64,000 nucleotides of DNA from Candidatus Gottesmanbacteria bacterium. GTDB lineage: Bacteria > Patescibacteriota > Microgenomatia > 2-02-FULL-39-11. The translations under genes and the position numbers were made by a program. Location: assembly GCA_016186795.1 (NCBI GenBank), contig JACPKY010000002.1, forward strand, positions 1,053,892-1,117,891, written 5' to 3'. This document shows, in pieces, positions 28,406 to 38,978 of this stretch (the stretch's first letter is position 1; each line of letters begins with the position of its first letter). A model generated the notes under the pieces. That model ran no database searches. It was not told the origin of the DNA and worked only from the letters and a program-made list of their open reading frames with translations.

Positions 28406-28762
28406 CAACTTGGCATTGAGAAGGCGTTTGAAACTGTCGAGTATAGGAGGGAGTCCCGCAAGGGACACAAGTGGAATACCTCTCTTTTCAAACGTTGACC
28501 CTTATCTCTTGGCCGCACAAATATCCGGCAGGGAGACAGTGTCTGGTGGGCAGTTTCGCTGGGGAGGTGGCCTCCAAAATCGTAACGGAGGCGTACATAA
28601 GGTTGGCTTAACACCAATGGAAACGGTGTTGTACGTGCAAACGCATAAGCCAGCTTCACTGCGAGACCTACAAGTCGAGCAGATGCGAAAGCAGGTGTTA
28701 GTGATCCTCGGATCCGCAGTGGTTGCGGACCGAGCTTAACGGATAAAAGCTACCCCGGGGAT

Positions 28763-29628
28763 ACATTCTGTGTCCCGTCCCGATAGTATATACTAATATC
28801 GGGACTTGGAACGGCTAATAACGGTGGAATCCAAAACTGTGGTAAGTTACGGTCTTTACTTACACGAGGCACAGTTTGGACAATACCGTGGGAAGTTAGG
28901 AAAATGAATAAACATAAACAATCGATTCTGACTGGAATGATTTTAGGAGATGCTTATTTACAGAAGACTGGAAAAAACAACGCGCGTATCCGACTTGAGC
29001 ATAGCGAAAAATCTAGAGATTATCTTCTCTGGAAAGGAGCTTGCTTTCCTGAATATTTTCAGGGAAAACCAAAAAGATACGTACGATTTAATCCGATCTT
29101 TAAAAAAACGTATATCTATCTGAGATGGCAATCATCTGCATCTCCTGAGATAGGCAAATTGCAGCGATTATTTTATATCGATCATAAAAAAATCATTCCC
29201 AAGGATCTCGATGAACTTTTGGTTGATCCAATTTCACTGGCTGTATGGTATCAAGATGATGGTTATTACTATAAACGAGACAAAATGGCTTATATTTATT
29301 TGCCCAGAATTTCTTCAGATGAGTTAAATGTATTGATGCATACACTACAGAAAAATTTTGGAATAAATCCAAGAGTAAAAGTGAAGAAAAGAGGAAATAG
29401 AGTCTTGGTATTTCCGGTTGAAGAGACAAAGAAATTATTTTCTCTCATTGAACCATATATTATACCTTCCATGAGGTATAAAATTTCCTAACCCCGTATC
29501 GACTGAGCATTAAGTTGCGAGGTCCCGATAAAGTATCGGGACAAGATGCCGTCTCCCTCACATACAAGTATGTGAGGGATGAAGATATAGTCAACGCCCC
29601 GATGTAAATCGGGGAAATATTATACGTG
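28763..29628 (+). mobile_element. Group I intron at the 23S position equivalent to E. coli U2449, carrying a LAGLIDADG homing endonuclease ORF
   Basis: Splits GGGGAT | AACAGGCTGAT. Ends with the omega G in ...TATACGTG. S element GAAGATATAGTC is near the 3' end. Several CCCGAT...ATCGGG hairpins are present. Confidence 0.7.
28904..29491 (+). CDS. LAGLIDADG-family homing endonuclease (intron-encoded)
   Basis: 195 aa inside the intron, same strand as the rRNA. LAGLIDADG-like motifs LTGMILGDAYL and AVWYQDDGYYY. Paralogous (about 35-40% identity by eye) to the ORF in the next intron. Confidence 0.7.
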   Translation: MNKHKQSILTGMILGDAYLQKTGKNNARIRLEHSEKSRDYLLWKGACFPEYFQGKPKRYVRFNPIFKKTYIYLRWQSSASPEIGKLQRLFYIDHKKIIPKDLDELLVDPISLAVWYQDDGYYYKRDKMAYIYLPRISSDELNVLMHTLQKNFGINPRVKVKKRGNRVLVFPVEETKKLFSLIEPYIIPSMRYKIS

Positions 29629-29647
29629 AACAGGCTGATCGCGTCCG

Positions 29648-29691
<44 letters not shown>

Positions 29692-29692
29692 T

Positions 29693-30536
29693 CTGCAAAG
29701 TGCAGAGTGGGCCCTTTGCCTAGTAATAGGCAAAAGCAAATTTGGCTCATAACGGTGGAGCCCTCTATATAACTTGATATAATTTATATATGGGTAATAC
29801 CGTAGGAAGTCGAGGAGTTTTAACTAGTAGACAAAGAGAAATTCTCGTTGGAACATTGCTGGGAGATGCGCACTTGGAGAAGAACGGAAGATATACTCGC
29901 TTACGTGTAGATCATTATGATAGACACAAAGAGTATATATTCTGGTTAGTCAATGAGTTTCTACCATTTTCTTTAAAACCTCGTCGAATTATTGAGGTCG
30001 ATAAAAGAAATGGGAAGACTTATACAAGATGGCATTTTTCCACAAAAAGTTTATCAAATTTTGATCCATTCAGAGAACTATTTTACTTTCAGGGAAGGAA
30101 AATTATTCCTTCTAACCTTGATCGTATAATTACACCTTTGTCTCTAGCTATTTGGTATATGGATGATGGATTTAAAAGACAGGATTCTAAAGGTTTCTAT
30201 CTTTGCACATCATCCTTTACGAGTGAAGAACAAAATATCTTGCAAAAATTATTGCATAAGCGCTTCAACCTGGATACCAAGATTCATCATCAACATGAAT
30301 TATCACGAATCTTTGTTCCTTCCGCGTATGCGGATGTATTTAATAATTTGGTTAAGCCATTTGTTCTTCCAATCTTTAGTTATAAACTCCTTTGACCCTC
30401 TAACGACTTCCCAATTTTATTGGGAGATTTTAACTATTTATTAGTTAGGATAATACGCCAAGCCCCCGCAGTCCGCCAGCTGGCGGATCGGGGTGATGGT
30501 ATAGTCTAACCCTTACGGAAACGTGAGATAAGGTTG
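29693..30536 (+). mobile_element. Group I intron near the 23S position equivalent to E. coli 2499-2500, carrying a second LAGLIDADG homing endonuclease ORF
   Basis: Splits GATGTCGGCTC | CATCCTATCCTGGGGCTGAAG. S-like element GATGGTATAGTC and an omega G precede the exon. Shares the GGCT(A/C)ATAACGGTGGA 5' segment with the neighbouring intron. Confidence 0.7.
29790..30395 (+). CDS. LAGLIDADG-family homing endonuclease (intron-encoded)
   Basis: 201 aa. Motifs LVGTLLGDAHL and AIWYMDDGF. Collinear with the ORF at 28904-29491. Confidence 0.7.
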   Translation: MGNTVGSRGVLTSRQREILVGTLLGDAHLEKNGRYTRLRVDHYDRHKEYIFWLVNEFLPFSLKPRRIIEVDKRNGKTYTRWHFSTKSLSNFDPFRELFYFQGRKIIPSNLDRIITPLSLAIWYMDDGFKRQDSKGFYLCTSSFTSEEQNILQKLLHKRFNLDTKIHHQHELSRIFVPSAYADVFNNLVKPFVLPIFSYKLL

Positions 30537-30629
30537 CATCCTATCCTGGGGCTGAAGAAGGTCCCAATGGTCCGGCTGTTCGCCGGTTAAAAGGGTACGC
30601 GAGCTGGGTTCAGAACGTCGTAAGACAGT

Positions 30630-30975
30630 AGACCTTAGTAGTTCGACACTACTATAATGAGCTGTCTTTCCTTCACCGTTTTGAACAATAAGAGAATTGA
30701 AGGAATCCTATAATATAAGTATTATAGGGATAAATTTGGCTAAATGCTGGAAACTCCGAGTATCTTGTGCTACCTTAATTTAATAAGAAAGGTAAAAATG
30801 CAACAAGTGCGGACAATTAGCAGGAAAGATCCCGATTAAATCGGGAAATCCTCAGAGACTATATGCCAGATGATGTACCGTATGGTGCGTCAAAGATATA
30901 GTCCGAACTGCATGGCGACATGCAGACCGTAGCAGAAATGTTTACGGCCACAAAGAAATTGTGAGTAACAAATTG
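30630..30975 (+). mobile_element. ORF-less group I intron at the 23S position equivalent to E. coli 2593
   Basis: Splits GTAAGACAGT | TCGGTCTCTATCC. P (AAATGCTGGAAAC), Q (AATTAGCAGG), R (CCTCAGAGACTATA) and S (AAGATATAGTCC) elements are all present. IGS CTGTCT pairs with the exon AGACAG. Confidence 0.65.
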
Positions 30976-31329
30976 TCGGTCTCTATCCGGTGCAAGCGTT
31001 GGATACTTGAGGGGAGCTCTTGCTAGTACGAGAGGACTGCGAGGGAGGAATCCCTGGTGAGCCAGTTGTTTCCCATTGGGAGCAAAGCTGGGTAGCTACA
31101 TTCCTACGGGATAAGCGCTGAAAGCATCTGAAGCGCCAAGCCCACCCCAAGATAAGGTATCCCTTTAGACCCCTTGTAGAATACAAGGTTGATAGGCGGA
31201 AAGTGTACACACGGCAACGTGCTTAGCTTATCCGTACTAATTGGTCGAGAGTAAATTTTAAGTCGCATAAGATGGAATAATCCTGTTCACTTTTTAGAGA
31301 GCATTTATACTCTAGGCACTTTTTGTACT

Positions 31330-31455
31330 TGAGCCTTTCGGTCTCTGAAGCTGGGTGGAACTACCTCTTTCCATTCCGAACAGAGTCGTCAAATACCCAA
31401 GCGCCGACGATAGTGATCCCGCAAGGGATTGCGAAAATAAGTCGAGGCCGGAGGA
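31330..31455 (+). rRNA. rrf: 5S rRNA
   Basis: Aligns by eye to the bacterial 5S core. GGTGGAACTACCTC..CCATTCCGAACAGAG..AGCGCCGACGATAGTG..GGGATTGCGA corresponds to GGTGGTCCCACCTGACCCCATGCCGAACTCAGAAG..AGCGCCGATGGTAGTG..AGAGTAGGGAACTGCC. The ends are approximate. Confidence 0.65.
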
Positions 31456-31544
31456 CTCAAGTATAGAAAAAACCTTGCCCAATACTACAAGGGTGCGCTA
31501 TACTAAATGCACATGAAAACAGAAGAAAGGACGGACAATGACTC

Positions 31545-32702
31545 GTGACAAAACAAACTCAAAAATCAAAAATCAAAAGTCAAAAATATAAAACGTCGGT
31601 TGAATCCCCAAAGAAAAAGACAAGTACTCCCCGAAAAACTCAAAGCGAGCCGCGAACTATGGACGAGCTTATTGCGCAAGTAGGTGATGTCGGGCTTGGG
31701 TTGAAACGCGGCGAGACGTCCGAAGGAGTTGTTGTTTCTGCAAGTGCCCGAGAGGTTCTCATTGATATCGGCAAAAAAAGTTTTGGTATTATTGCCAATT
31801 GGGAACTTGAACAGGTAAAAGATTATGCCGCAACACTAAAAGTCGGTGATAAAGTTGTTGCCCAAGTTATCAATCCGGAAAATGACATGGGGTATGTGAC
31901 ATTATCTCTTCGGAAAACATCAAACGAACGAAGATGGGGACTTCTTACAGAGAAAAAAGACAAAGGTGAAGATATCGAAGTGTTAGGTCTTGAGTCCGCA
32001 AAAGGAGGACTCTTAGTTGAGTGGCAAAGCTTACGTGGATTTATTCCAGCAACACAGCTTGATTCATCTTTTAGCGCAAATCCGGCAAATCTCATTGGAA
32101 GAAGAATTCAAGTGAAAGTTTTAGAGATTGATCCAACGATTAATAGGCTCGTACTATCGCAAAAAGCATCTACGTTGGGAATTTCACCAATGGTCCTCAA
32201 ATCAAAACTAGAAAAGATTAAACCGGATCAAACGCTCAAAGGAGTGGTTTCTGGCATTGCACCATTTGGACTGTTTGTTGATGTGGATGGGTTGGAAGGA
32301 CTTGTCCATATTTCAGAAATTGCGTGGGAAAAGGTTGAATCTCCTTCTCAGTTTTTCAAAGTCGGTGAGAAAGTGGATGTGGTCGTTCTTGATGTGAATC
32401 TTGAGGAAGGGAAACTGAATCTCTCCATCAAACGATTAACACCAGATCCATGGAAGAACATTACCGATCGGTATAGTCCTGACACAACAATCACAGGTAC
32501 TGTTGTTCGTCTTGCTCCATACGGTGTATTTGTGCAATTAGAAATGGGAGTGGAGGGGTTGATCCACATAAGCAAAATTCCCTCCGGAAGTGAACCAAAA
32601 GTTGGAGAGAAAATTGAGTGCATTGTTGAAAATGTTGATCCCACGAAACGAAAAATTTCCCTCACACTTGTTCCTCACGAAAAACCAGTAGGGTACCGCT
32701 AA
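31545..32702 (+). CDS. rpsA: 30S ribosomal protein S1 with Lys-rich N-terminal extension
   Basis: Four S1 (OB-fold) repeats recognisable (GxV..I...G.FV motifs, e.g. KGVVSGIAPFGLFVDV, GTVVRLAPYGVFVQL). GTG start as listed. K-rich N-terminus is encoded by AAAATCAAAA repeats. Confidence 0.8.
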   Translation: MTKQTQKSKIKSQKYKTSVESPKKKTSTPRKTQSEPRTMDELIAQVGDVGLGLKRGETSEGVVVSASAREVLIDIGKKSFGIIANWELEQVKDYAATLKVGDKVVAQVINPENDMGYVTLSLRKTSNERRWGLLTEKKDKGEDIEVLGLESAKGGLLVEWQSLRGFIPATQLDSSFSANPANLIGRRIQVKVLEIDPTINRLVLSQKASTLGISPMVLKSKLEKIKPDQTLKGVVSGIAPFGLFVDVDGLEGLVHISEIAWEKVESPSQFFKVGEKVDVVVLDVNLEEGKLNLSIKRLTPDPWKNITDRYSPDTTITGTVVRLAPYGVFVQLEMGVEGLIHISKIPSGSEPKVGEKIECIVENVDPTKRKISLTLVPHEKPVGYR

Positions 32703-32751
32703 AATAGTACAATTCCGTACTAAAACAATGATACAATGACAGGCGAAGGTT

Positions 32752-34065
32752 ATGCGTTCACGTTCTGATTTTATCTGTCAACAGTGTGGGTATAAGAGTC
32801 CATCTTTTTTAGGAAAATGTCCCAATTGTGGAGCGTGGAATAGTTTGGTGGAGACTGTCGAGAGGAAAGAATCAGCATCCCTTTGGGGAAAAAATAAACG
32901 GGTAAAAAAGGAGGGCAACAAAGCTATAGAGCTATCGAAAGTCGCAACAGCAAAAGTTGAAAGAATTTCATCGAGGATGAAAGAGTTTGATCAAGTTCTT
33001 GGTGGAGGAATTGTTCCGGGATCACTTATTCTCCTTGCTGGTGATCCTGGTATTGGTAAATCTACCCTCACTCTTCAACTTATCTCCACAATTGGTGGAC
33101 TCTATGTTTCTGGAGAAGAATCTGCCGAACAAGTGAAGCTTCGTGCCAAAAGGATGAAGCTTCCAACAGGCAAAATTTATATTTTACCGGAGACAAACAT
33201 GGAAACAATTCTTGCCCAAGCAAAAGAGAATAGAGGAAAATTATCACTTCTTATTATCGATTCGATTCAAACGCTTTGGTCAGAAGAGTTAACCGGTACT
33301 CCAGGAGCCGTTGGTCAAGTGCGCGAATGTACGCTTAAATTATTAGAATTTGCCAAAAGGGAACATCTCCCGGTAATTCTTATTGGCCATGTGACCAAAG
33401 AAGGAACGATCGCTGGTCCAAAAGTACTTGAACACATTGTGGATACAGTTTTGTATCTTGAGGGCGAAAGATATCAATCTTTGCGTCTTCTTCACACGAC
33501 AAAAAATCGATTTGGTCCAGTTGATGAGGTTGGTGTTTTTTCCTTGGAAGATACCGGGATGATGGAGGTTGCCAATCCGTCGAAACTCTTCTTAGGAGAA
33601 AGTAAGAACGCCGCCGGTTCTGTCGTAATAGCCACTCTTGAAGGAACACGACCGATTTTAGTTGAAGTCCAGGCGTTAACGGTTGCAACACAGATACCCA
33701 TTCCTCGGCGAATAGGGAATGGAATAAATGTCAATAGACTGCAAATGCTTCTTGCAATCCTGCAAAAACACCTTCACCTTCCCCTTGGGAGTTTTGATGT
33801 CTTTGTCAACGTTGCCTCCGGCATAAAGATATTTGAGCCAGCGGGAGATTTGGGAATTTGTCTTGCCATTATTTCTTCTTTTAAAAATAAAGCTTTGCCT
33901 TCTAAGACTGTTGCCATCGGGGAGGTAGGACTCCTTGGAGAGACGCGAACTGTCATAGGAATTGAAAGACGGATCAAAGAAGCAAAAAAGCTCGGTTTCA
34001 ATAATTTCGTGACTCCGAAAGAGTTTTCTTCGATCTCTCAAGTATCACGGATGCCTTTTCGGTAA
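32752..34065 (+). CDS. radA: DNA repair protein RadA/Sms
   Basis: N-terminal C4 zinc finger CQQCGYKSPSFLGKCPNCGAWNS, Walker A GDPGIGKSTL, KNRFG motif and C-terminal Lon-protease-like domain. 437 aa. Confidence 0.9.
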   Translation: MRSRSDFICQQCGYKSPSFLGKCPNCGAWNSLVETVERKESASLWGKNKRVKKEGNKAIELSKVATAKVERISSRMKEFDQVLGGGIVPGSLILLAGDPGIGKSTLTLQLISTIGGLYVSGEESAEQVKLRAKRMKLPTGKIYILPETNMETILAQAKENRGKLSLLIIDSIQTLWSEELTGTPGAVGQVRECTLKLLEFAKREHLPVILIGHVTKEGTIAGPKVLEHIVDTVLYLEGERYQSLRLLHTTKNRFGPVDEVGVFSLEDTGMMEVANPSKLFLGESKNAAGSVVIATLEGTRPILVEVQALTVATQIPIPRRIGNGINVNRLQMLLAILQKHLHLPLGSFDVFVNVASGIKIFEPAGDLGICLAIISSFKNKALPSKTVAIGEVGLLGETRTVIGIERRIKEAKKLGFNNFVTPKEFSSISQVSRMPFR

Positions 34066-34074
34066 AATCATTGT

Positions 34075-35346
34075 ATGAAGAAAAAGGGTAATAAAAAAGA
34101 GGTTATGCTCCACAGAAATATCCTCATTCTTTTTCTTCTTCTCCTTGGAGTTGTAATTCTTCTGAGTGCCATTCAAAAAATTCAGACGTGGCAGTCACGA
34201 GGCGCATCTATTTCCCAAACTTCTTCCTCTCGTGTTTCCAAAAGTAAGCTCGGAGTTTTCATTACCGATGCAACAGAGGGGGCAAGGAAAATAGTAGAAG
34301 CCGGGCCTCGGGTGATAAAAGTATTGAATCCGAATGGTAACCCTGGTCTTCAAGATATTATAAGGCAGTACAAAACTGCCTACCCCGATGGAATTGTCGT
34401 TGTTCGATTCTGGGTTCCCCAAGCGGTGCAGTATGATGAAGGTTTCGTCCCTGAGGAAGCAGCAGAAGACTTCTGGTCACGGTTCCTTCTCCCAGGTGTC
34501 AGTTCATTGCCAGTTGATGTGCGGAGTAAGATTGACTATCTCAATGGTACCAACTACATTGAGAATTTTTCCTGGAATACACTTGAGACACCATCTCATC
34601 AGGAGTGGTTTTCCCGTTTTTGGGTAAAACTTTCAGACCTCATCGCGGAGAATGGCTTCAAACCCAACGTCGGTGAGTTTTATGTTGCCGGTCTTGATGC
34701 AAACCATATTGATGGAATTGTGACCATGCTTGAAAAAGCCAAGAGTGATTCTGGAATTTGGAGTTACCACGGGTATACCGTTAAATACACGACGAATCCA
34801 GCAATCGAGAAGGATTTTTCTCTCCATTACCGGCAGTTTTACGATTATATCCAAACAAAATATCCCGATCTTTCGAGTCTGAAGATGCTTCTTTCTGAAG
34901 GAGGAGTCGATTGTGAGGGACGTAAAACAGATGGTTGGAATGGATCTGATCCTCCAGAAGGTGATAGGTTGCATGATTACTGTACAGCAAAAGATGATAC
35001 TGAGGCGGGAGGGAGGAAACTTTCCCGGGGGAATAAGGAGGATTTCATCTACTGGCTGAAATGGTATGACAGTGAGTTGCAAAAAGATTCTTATATACTG
35101 GGAATCACTCTTTATGCAATCGGACTAAGTAGAGGAGATTCAGGTGAACTTGAGCCAATTGCTGAGTGGCTCGCCCAGTATCTCAAAGATCAGGGATCAT
35201 CGACATCTGACGGAGATCTGACGCCAACCAAGAAACCCGCCTGTATACCAAACTGGTGTGTAATTGAGGATTCACCTTGCTGTTTTGATCCTATGTGTAT
35301 TTTCCTCGGATCCTTCGGATATAATGCAGATCGATGTTCTCGGTAA
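34075..35346 (+). CDS. Hypothetical exported protein (N-terminal TM anchor, possible TIM-barrel glycosidase-like core, Cys-rich C-terminus)
   Basis: 423 aa. Signal anchor ILILFLLLLGVVILL. C-terminal CIPNWCVIEDSPCCFDPMC cluster. No confident family assignment. Confidence 0.45.
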   Translation: MKKKGNKKEVMLHRNILILFLLLLGVVILLSAIQKIQTWQSRGASISQTSSSRVSKSKLGVFITDATEGARKIVEAGPRVIKVLNPNGNPGLQDIIRQYKTAYPDGIVVVRFWVPQAVQYDEGFVPEEAAEDFWSRFLLPGVSSLPVDVRSKIDYLNGTNYIENFSWNTLETPSHQEWFSRFWVKLSDLIAENGFKPNVGEFYVAGLDANHIDGIVTMLEKAKSDSGIWSYHGYTVKYTTNPAIEKDFSLHYRQFYDYIQTKYPDLSSLKMLLSEGGVDCEGRKTDGWNGSDPPEGDRLHDYCTAKDDTEAGGRKLSRGNKEDFIYWLKWYDSELQKDSYILGITLYAIGLSRGDSGELEPIAEWLAQYLKDQGSSTSDGDLTPTKKPACIPNWCVIEDSPCCFDPMCIFLGSFGYNADRCSR

Positions 35347-35834
35347 CCGTAACATGGATGGCTAATCCTCTAGGAAAAGGTGGTCATCGGCAGATATATC
35401 TAGAATTGATATCAAACCTTTCACTCATTGGGTCCTGCCGCGCGGCAGCCCCACACCCACCCACTAGGGGACCCCGGCTGTGGGGCTCCCCGCCTTGCGT
35501 CACCCACACTTTCATCAGTTGATGAAAGTCTCGATCTAGATTCTACAAAAGAGAACATGTACCAACCACAGTACTATTTTCCCGTTACAGGATAGTATCT
35601 TCTTTTTCTTCCTTCATCCCTTAGGTCTTCGTATAATCTATCCCTTTTTTAACGGAATTTTCCATCAACATCCTTATCCACACAAGTGTGTATAATTTTT
35701 GTATATTGTCTCAAGGCTCTATAACTTATTAATATTACTATAGGTATATATGTTTCTCTCTTATCTATTACTATAGGTACTTGACAAGACTATCCGAATG
35801 GTGCTAGCATGATTTTATATCGGGCTAAGGGCTA

Positions 35835-35987
35835 TGATTAGTAGAATCTTAGAAAAGCTAAATTCGTTGAGAAAGAAAGAAACTCGGCCACGAGATTTTG
35901 AGTGGGAGAGGTTTCAGAAGCAAGCAAAAGAACAGTTTGTAGAGCTCAAGAAAAAAGGATTAAGTATTCCTGTTGTGACTCTATAGA
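35835..35987 (+). CDS. Possible 50-aa small protein (MISRILEKLNSLRKKETRPRDFEWERFQKQAKEQFVELKKKGLSIPVVTL) inside the ORF-poor island
   Basis: Preceded by TAAGGG and a TTGACA-N18-TAGCAT promoter (35782-35811). Its 5' end is duplicated 200 bp downstream with ATG mutated to ACG. Not in the ORF track because it is under 60 aa. Confidence 0.2.
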
Positions 35988-36561
35988 AGCGTTATCAAAA
36001 AAAGAGCATCACTAACGCTAGCGGGCTAAGGGCTACGATTAGTAATGCTCTTTTATATTGGTTGGAAACATCGACAACGTCTACATGTTTCAACAACCGA
36101 TTATGATGTGTATCATACTCCCGTTTTTACTGTCAAGAATATATTGGATGCCTAATAGTACCTCTTTTTCTCGTCCTGGTAATACAAAATCATACATATA
36201 TTTCTAGTGTGTTTCTTTTGAGTATCACTCTACCAGCAGAGTTTTTTCTCCATTTTCGCAATTTATCCTATTCCACAAGCCTTTTTCTTGACATACCAGT
36301 TTCCTCATGATAGAATGGCCCGTTAAATCAATCCGTCAGCTGACGGACTGTCCTATGAAACAGTGCCCATCAAGTTTCTCATTCGTATTGTCAGTATATT
36401 TACTCTGGTAATCGCCGTATGGTAGGTGGGACCAGAGTTTTTTTTGTACAAGCGCACTAATTGTATCTTTTTTAAGGGGTGGATAAGGTGTAGGGCAGGC
36501 ATCTTATCCCCCCGTTAAAGGGGATAGACGTGCGCTTGTAACCTTTTTGTACGTGGATTTT

Positions 36562-38949
36562 TTACAAAAGAGTATTGACTTTATAGATTTTTGTCGTTCC
36601 AGATTCAAAGACAACATCACCAATCTCTTCCAGTTTCTCCTCATTCAGATTCTTGTATTTTTGTCGTTCAAGAGTTCCTACAAAAATATATTCAACCTTG
36701 TACTTCTTGATAATATTTCTCGTTATCTCCCTATCTTCCAATTCATACAGCTGGGCAACTTCTGGAATTCTCCTTCCTGCTTCATCGTATGAGCCTCTCC
36801 AGAGCCATTCGTGCACTGGCCAGCCAATGATAGTCGGAAGCCCGGTGTAGGCCGATACGCGTCCATAATCGGTATAGGAGTCACCGTTTGCCTCGGCAAT
36901 GACTGGCTGATTGGTACATTCTCTCCCTGTGACATCGCTGCACTGGATATTTTTATTTATCCACTCAACTGCTAGCGCATCATCAGGGTATTGATCAGAA
37001 AACCACTGGAATCCATCAAGACCACGATAGGTTCTTAGTCCACCATAGTACGAGTTAATTGCAAACAAGGGATAAATAGCAACGAGAGTAAAAAGAAAGA
37101 TAAATCCGCTGGTGTAAAGGAAATAGAACGCATACTTTCCTGTTTCTTTGGCATGAAGTTTGAGCCGGAAAACGATATATGCTGAAGATATTCCCAGCAT
37201 CATAAACGCCTGGTAACCAAGTTTAAACATCGTGTTCGCCCGATAGTGGGCAGGATAGATATCTTTCAGGTAAAAATACTCAGGAAAGATAAGAAGAAGA
37301 CTTGAAACGAAAAGAAGGATCAGAATAAACCCATCAGAGGGGAAAAGGTCAATGTAGAGAATTTTGAGGAGAAATTTTTTCCAGAAAGGAGGTGCATTTC
37401 CTTTCGATGGTACGAGCTGTTTGAAGAATTTTTTTAGCGTAAAAAGGAAAAATGCCAAAACGTTGTAGTAGAAAAATCCCCACAGAACTGCCATCATCCA
37501 GAGAGGTGATTTCTGACACTTGCCTTCCTCAAAAAGAAGCGGGCCAAGTGTCTTTCCCTCAAGCGATTTCGGAGCGCATAAAACGCCGATTCCTGAAGCA
37601 AACGGTTTGAAGTTGAGAGAAAATGGTAAACTTGCCAAAAGGAAGAAGAAAAAGAGGAAAAGACAGGAAGAAAAGGTTTTATAGAGGAGTTGGAAAAAAG
37701 TCCATGACGGATTTTTCCCAAAACTTTGCATATTTTTTAGAAATATCGTAAGTCCTGCAATAACTAAATAAATGAATCCATCCCAGGCATTGGTCATATA
37801 CATAATGGCAAGGAGTATTCCCAAGAAAAGGAGAGTAGGGAGGGCGACACCGGTATGATCTTCGAAATCTTTGGCAAATTGAGAAAGGGAAAACTGTTTG
37901 GGTGCTGGACTTTTTAATTTTTCATTTTCATCAGTCTCACGTTTTTTTGTAGCAAGAAGTGCAAGAAGAGCAAGTATCAAAAGGACCATTGGGATATCCG
38001 AGACATGGCCGTGGAGGTCTGCAACGACGAAAGAATAGATAGGGAATTCATGGATTGTGAAAGGAATAAACCTGGTTGCATTGGGATACCAGTACTTATC
38101 CGGTTCATACCCGAAAGAAAGCTTCCAGAATGGTTCCGGGTTCTCATTGGGGTAGCCAGATGTCAGAACATAAAGAGTATGGAGGTTTCCGCCAAAGGAA
38201 ACAAGAAATGCCGTCAGAAGTCCAATAACGATGTAACGGAAACGAATTGGTGGAAGGTCATCAATTTTCCCTTTCACCTTTTTTATTCCTTTTTGAACTG
38301 TTGCCGCAATAAAGGCAAGATTAAATCCAAGGGAAAATGAGAGGGTGAATGTGAAGGCAAAGACTGTTGCCATCATGAGGTTGTAGGTGATACTTGCCGG
38401 AATTCCTGAAAGCTTTGTTAAAAAGGCCATAATGTAATGGCCAAAGTAGTAATAGTTGATGAAGTACCCTCCTGGGTAATCAGGTGATTTCGTCAGCCAC
38501 ATATCGGCTGGTGGAAAAGAGGTGCCCCGAAGGATTGAGCTGACAAATCCAAAATCCATGAACTTTTCAAGACCGTGTATGGAGGGTTCATGCGCGCGAA
38601 CATATGACCAGAATCCGAGAGTGAGGAGGAAAAATAGCTCTTCTGCGATAATCAGTTTTTTTGGAAGTCTTCGAAGGGAGACTAAAAATTCAGGCTTTTT
38701 GAAAAACCAGAGACTGACAAGAAACCAAGCTAAGATGGTAAGAATAAGTGGGATGCGGGCAAATGGAAGAAGTTGAAGGCTTCCCAAAAGCCAAACGGTA
38801 TATGCAGGGAGGAGAATTCCTATAATTTTACTGAAGATAAATCCTTTGTCACGAAAATTTCCAAAGAGCGAGAGTGTTACAGGAAGAGAAATCCAGCCGA
38901 GAATGGAAATGACGAACCACCAGGTAAAGACAGAGAAAATATCGGACAT
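36562..38949 (-). CDS. Large polytopic membrane protein, putative GT-C-type glycosyltransferase (DUF2298/YYY-like) with C-terminal extracytoplasmic domain
   Basis: 795 aa with at least 15 TM helices followed by a soluble about 200-aa C-terminal domain (..GWPVHEWLWRGSYDE..). This architecture is shared with lipid-carrier-dependent GT-C transferases. Family assignment is tentative. Confidence 0.5.
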   Translation of the reverse strand: MSDIFSVFTWWFVISILGWISLPVTLSLFGNFRDKGFIFSKIIGILLPAYTVWLLGSLQLLPFARIPLILTILAWFLVSLWFFKKPEFLVSLRRLPKKLIIAEELFFLLTLGFWSYVRAHEPSIHGLEKFMDFGFVSSILRGTSFPPADMWLTKSPDYPGGYFINYYYFGHYIMAFLTKLSGIPASITYNLMMATVFAFTFTLSFSLGFNLAFIAATVQKGIKKVKGKIDDLPPIRFRYIVIGLLTAFLVSFGGNLHTLYVLTSGYPNENPEPFWKLSFGYEPDKYWYPNATRFIPFTIHEFPIYSFVVADLHGHVSDIPMVLLILALLALLATKKRETDENEKLKSPAPKQFSLSQFAKDFEDHTGVALPTLLFLGILLAIMYMTNAWDGFIYLVIAGLTIFLKNMQSFGKNPSWTFFQLLYKTFSSCLFLFFFFLLASLPFSLNFKPFASGIGVLCAPKSLEGKTLGPLLFEEGKCQKSPLWMMAVLWGFFYYNVLAFFLFTLKKFFKQLVPSKGNAPPFWKKFLLKILYIDLFPSDGFILILLFVSSLLLIFPEYFYLKDIYPAHYRANTMFKLGYQAFMMLGISSAYIVFRLKLHAKETGKYAFYFLYTSGFIFLFTLVAIYPLFAINSYYGGLRTYRGLDGFQWFSDQYPDDALAVEWINKNIQCSDVTGRECTNQPVIAEANGDSYTDYGRVSAYTGLPTIIGWPVHEWLWRGSYDEAGRRIPEVAQLYELEDREITRNIIKKYKVEYIFVGTLERQKYKNLNEEKLEEIGDVVFESGTTKIYKVNTLL

Positions 38950-38978
38950 AATGGGTATTATAGTGGCTTTTTCCTTCC

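Noticed and set aside
31326-31466. Longer 5S rRNA boundaries including TACTTGAGCC...GGACTCAAGTA
   Set aside because: That pairing would give a 138-nt molecule. Alignment to the 5S core supports about 125 nt, and the outer complementarity is more likely a precursor processing stem.
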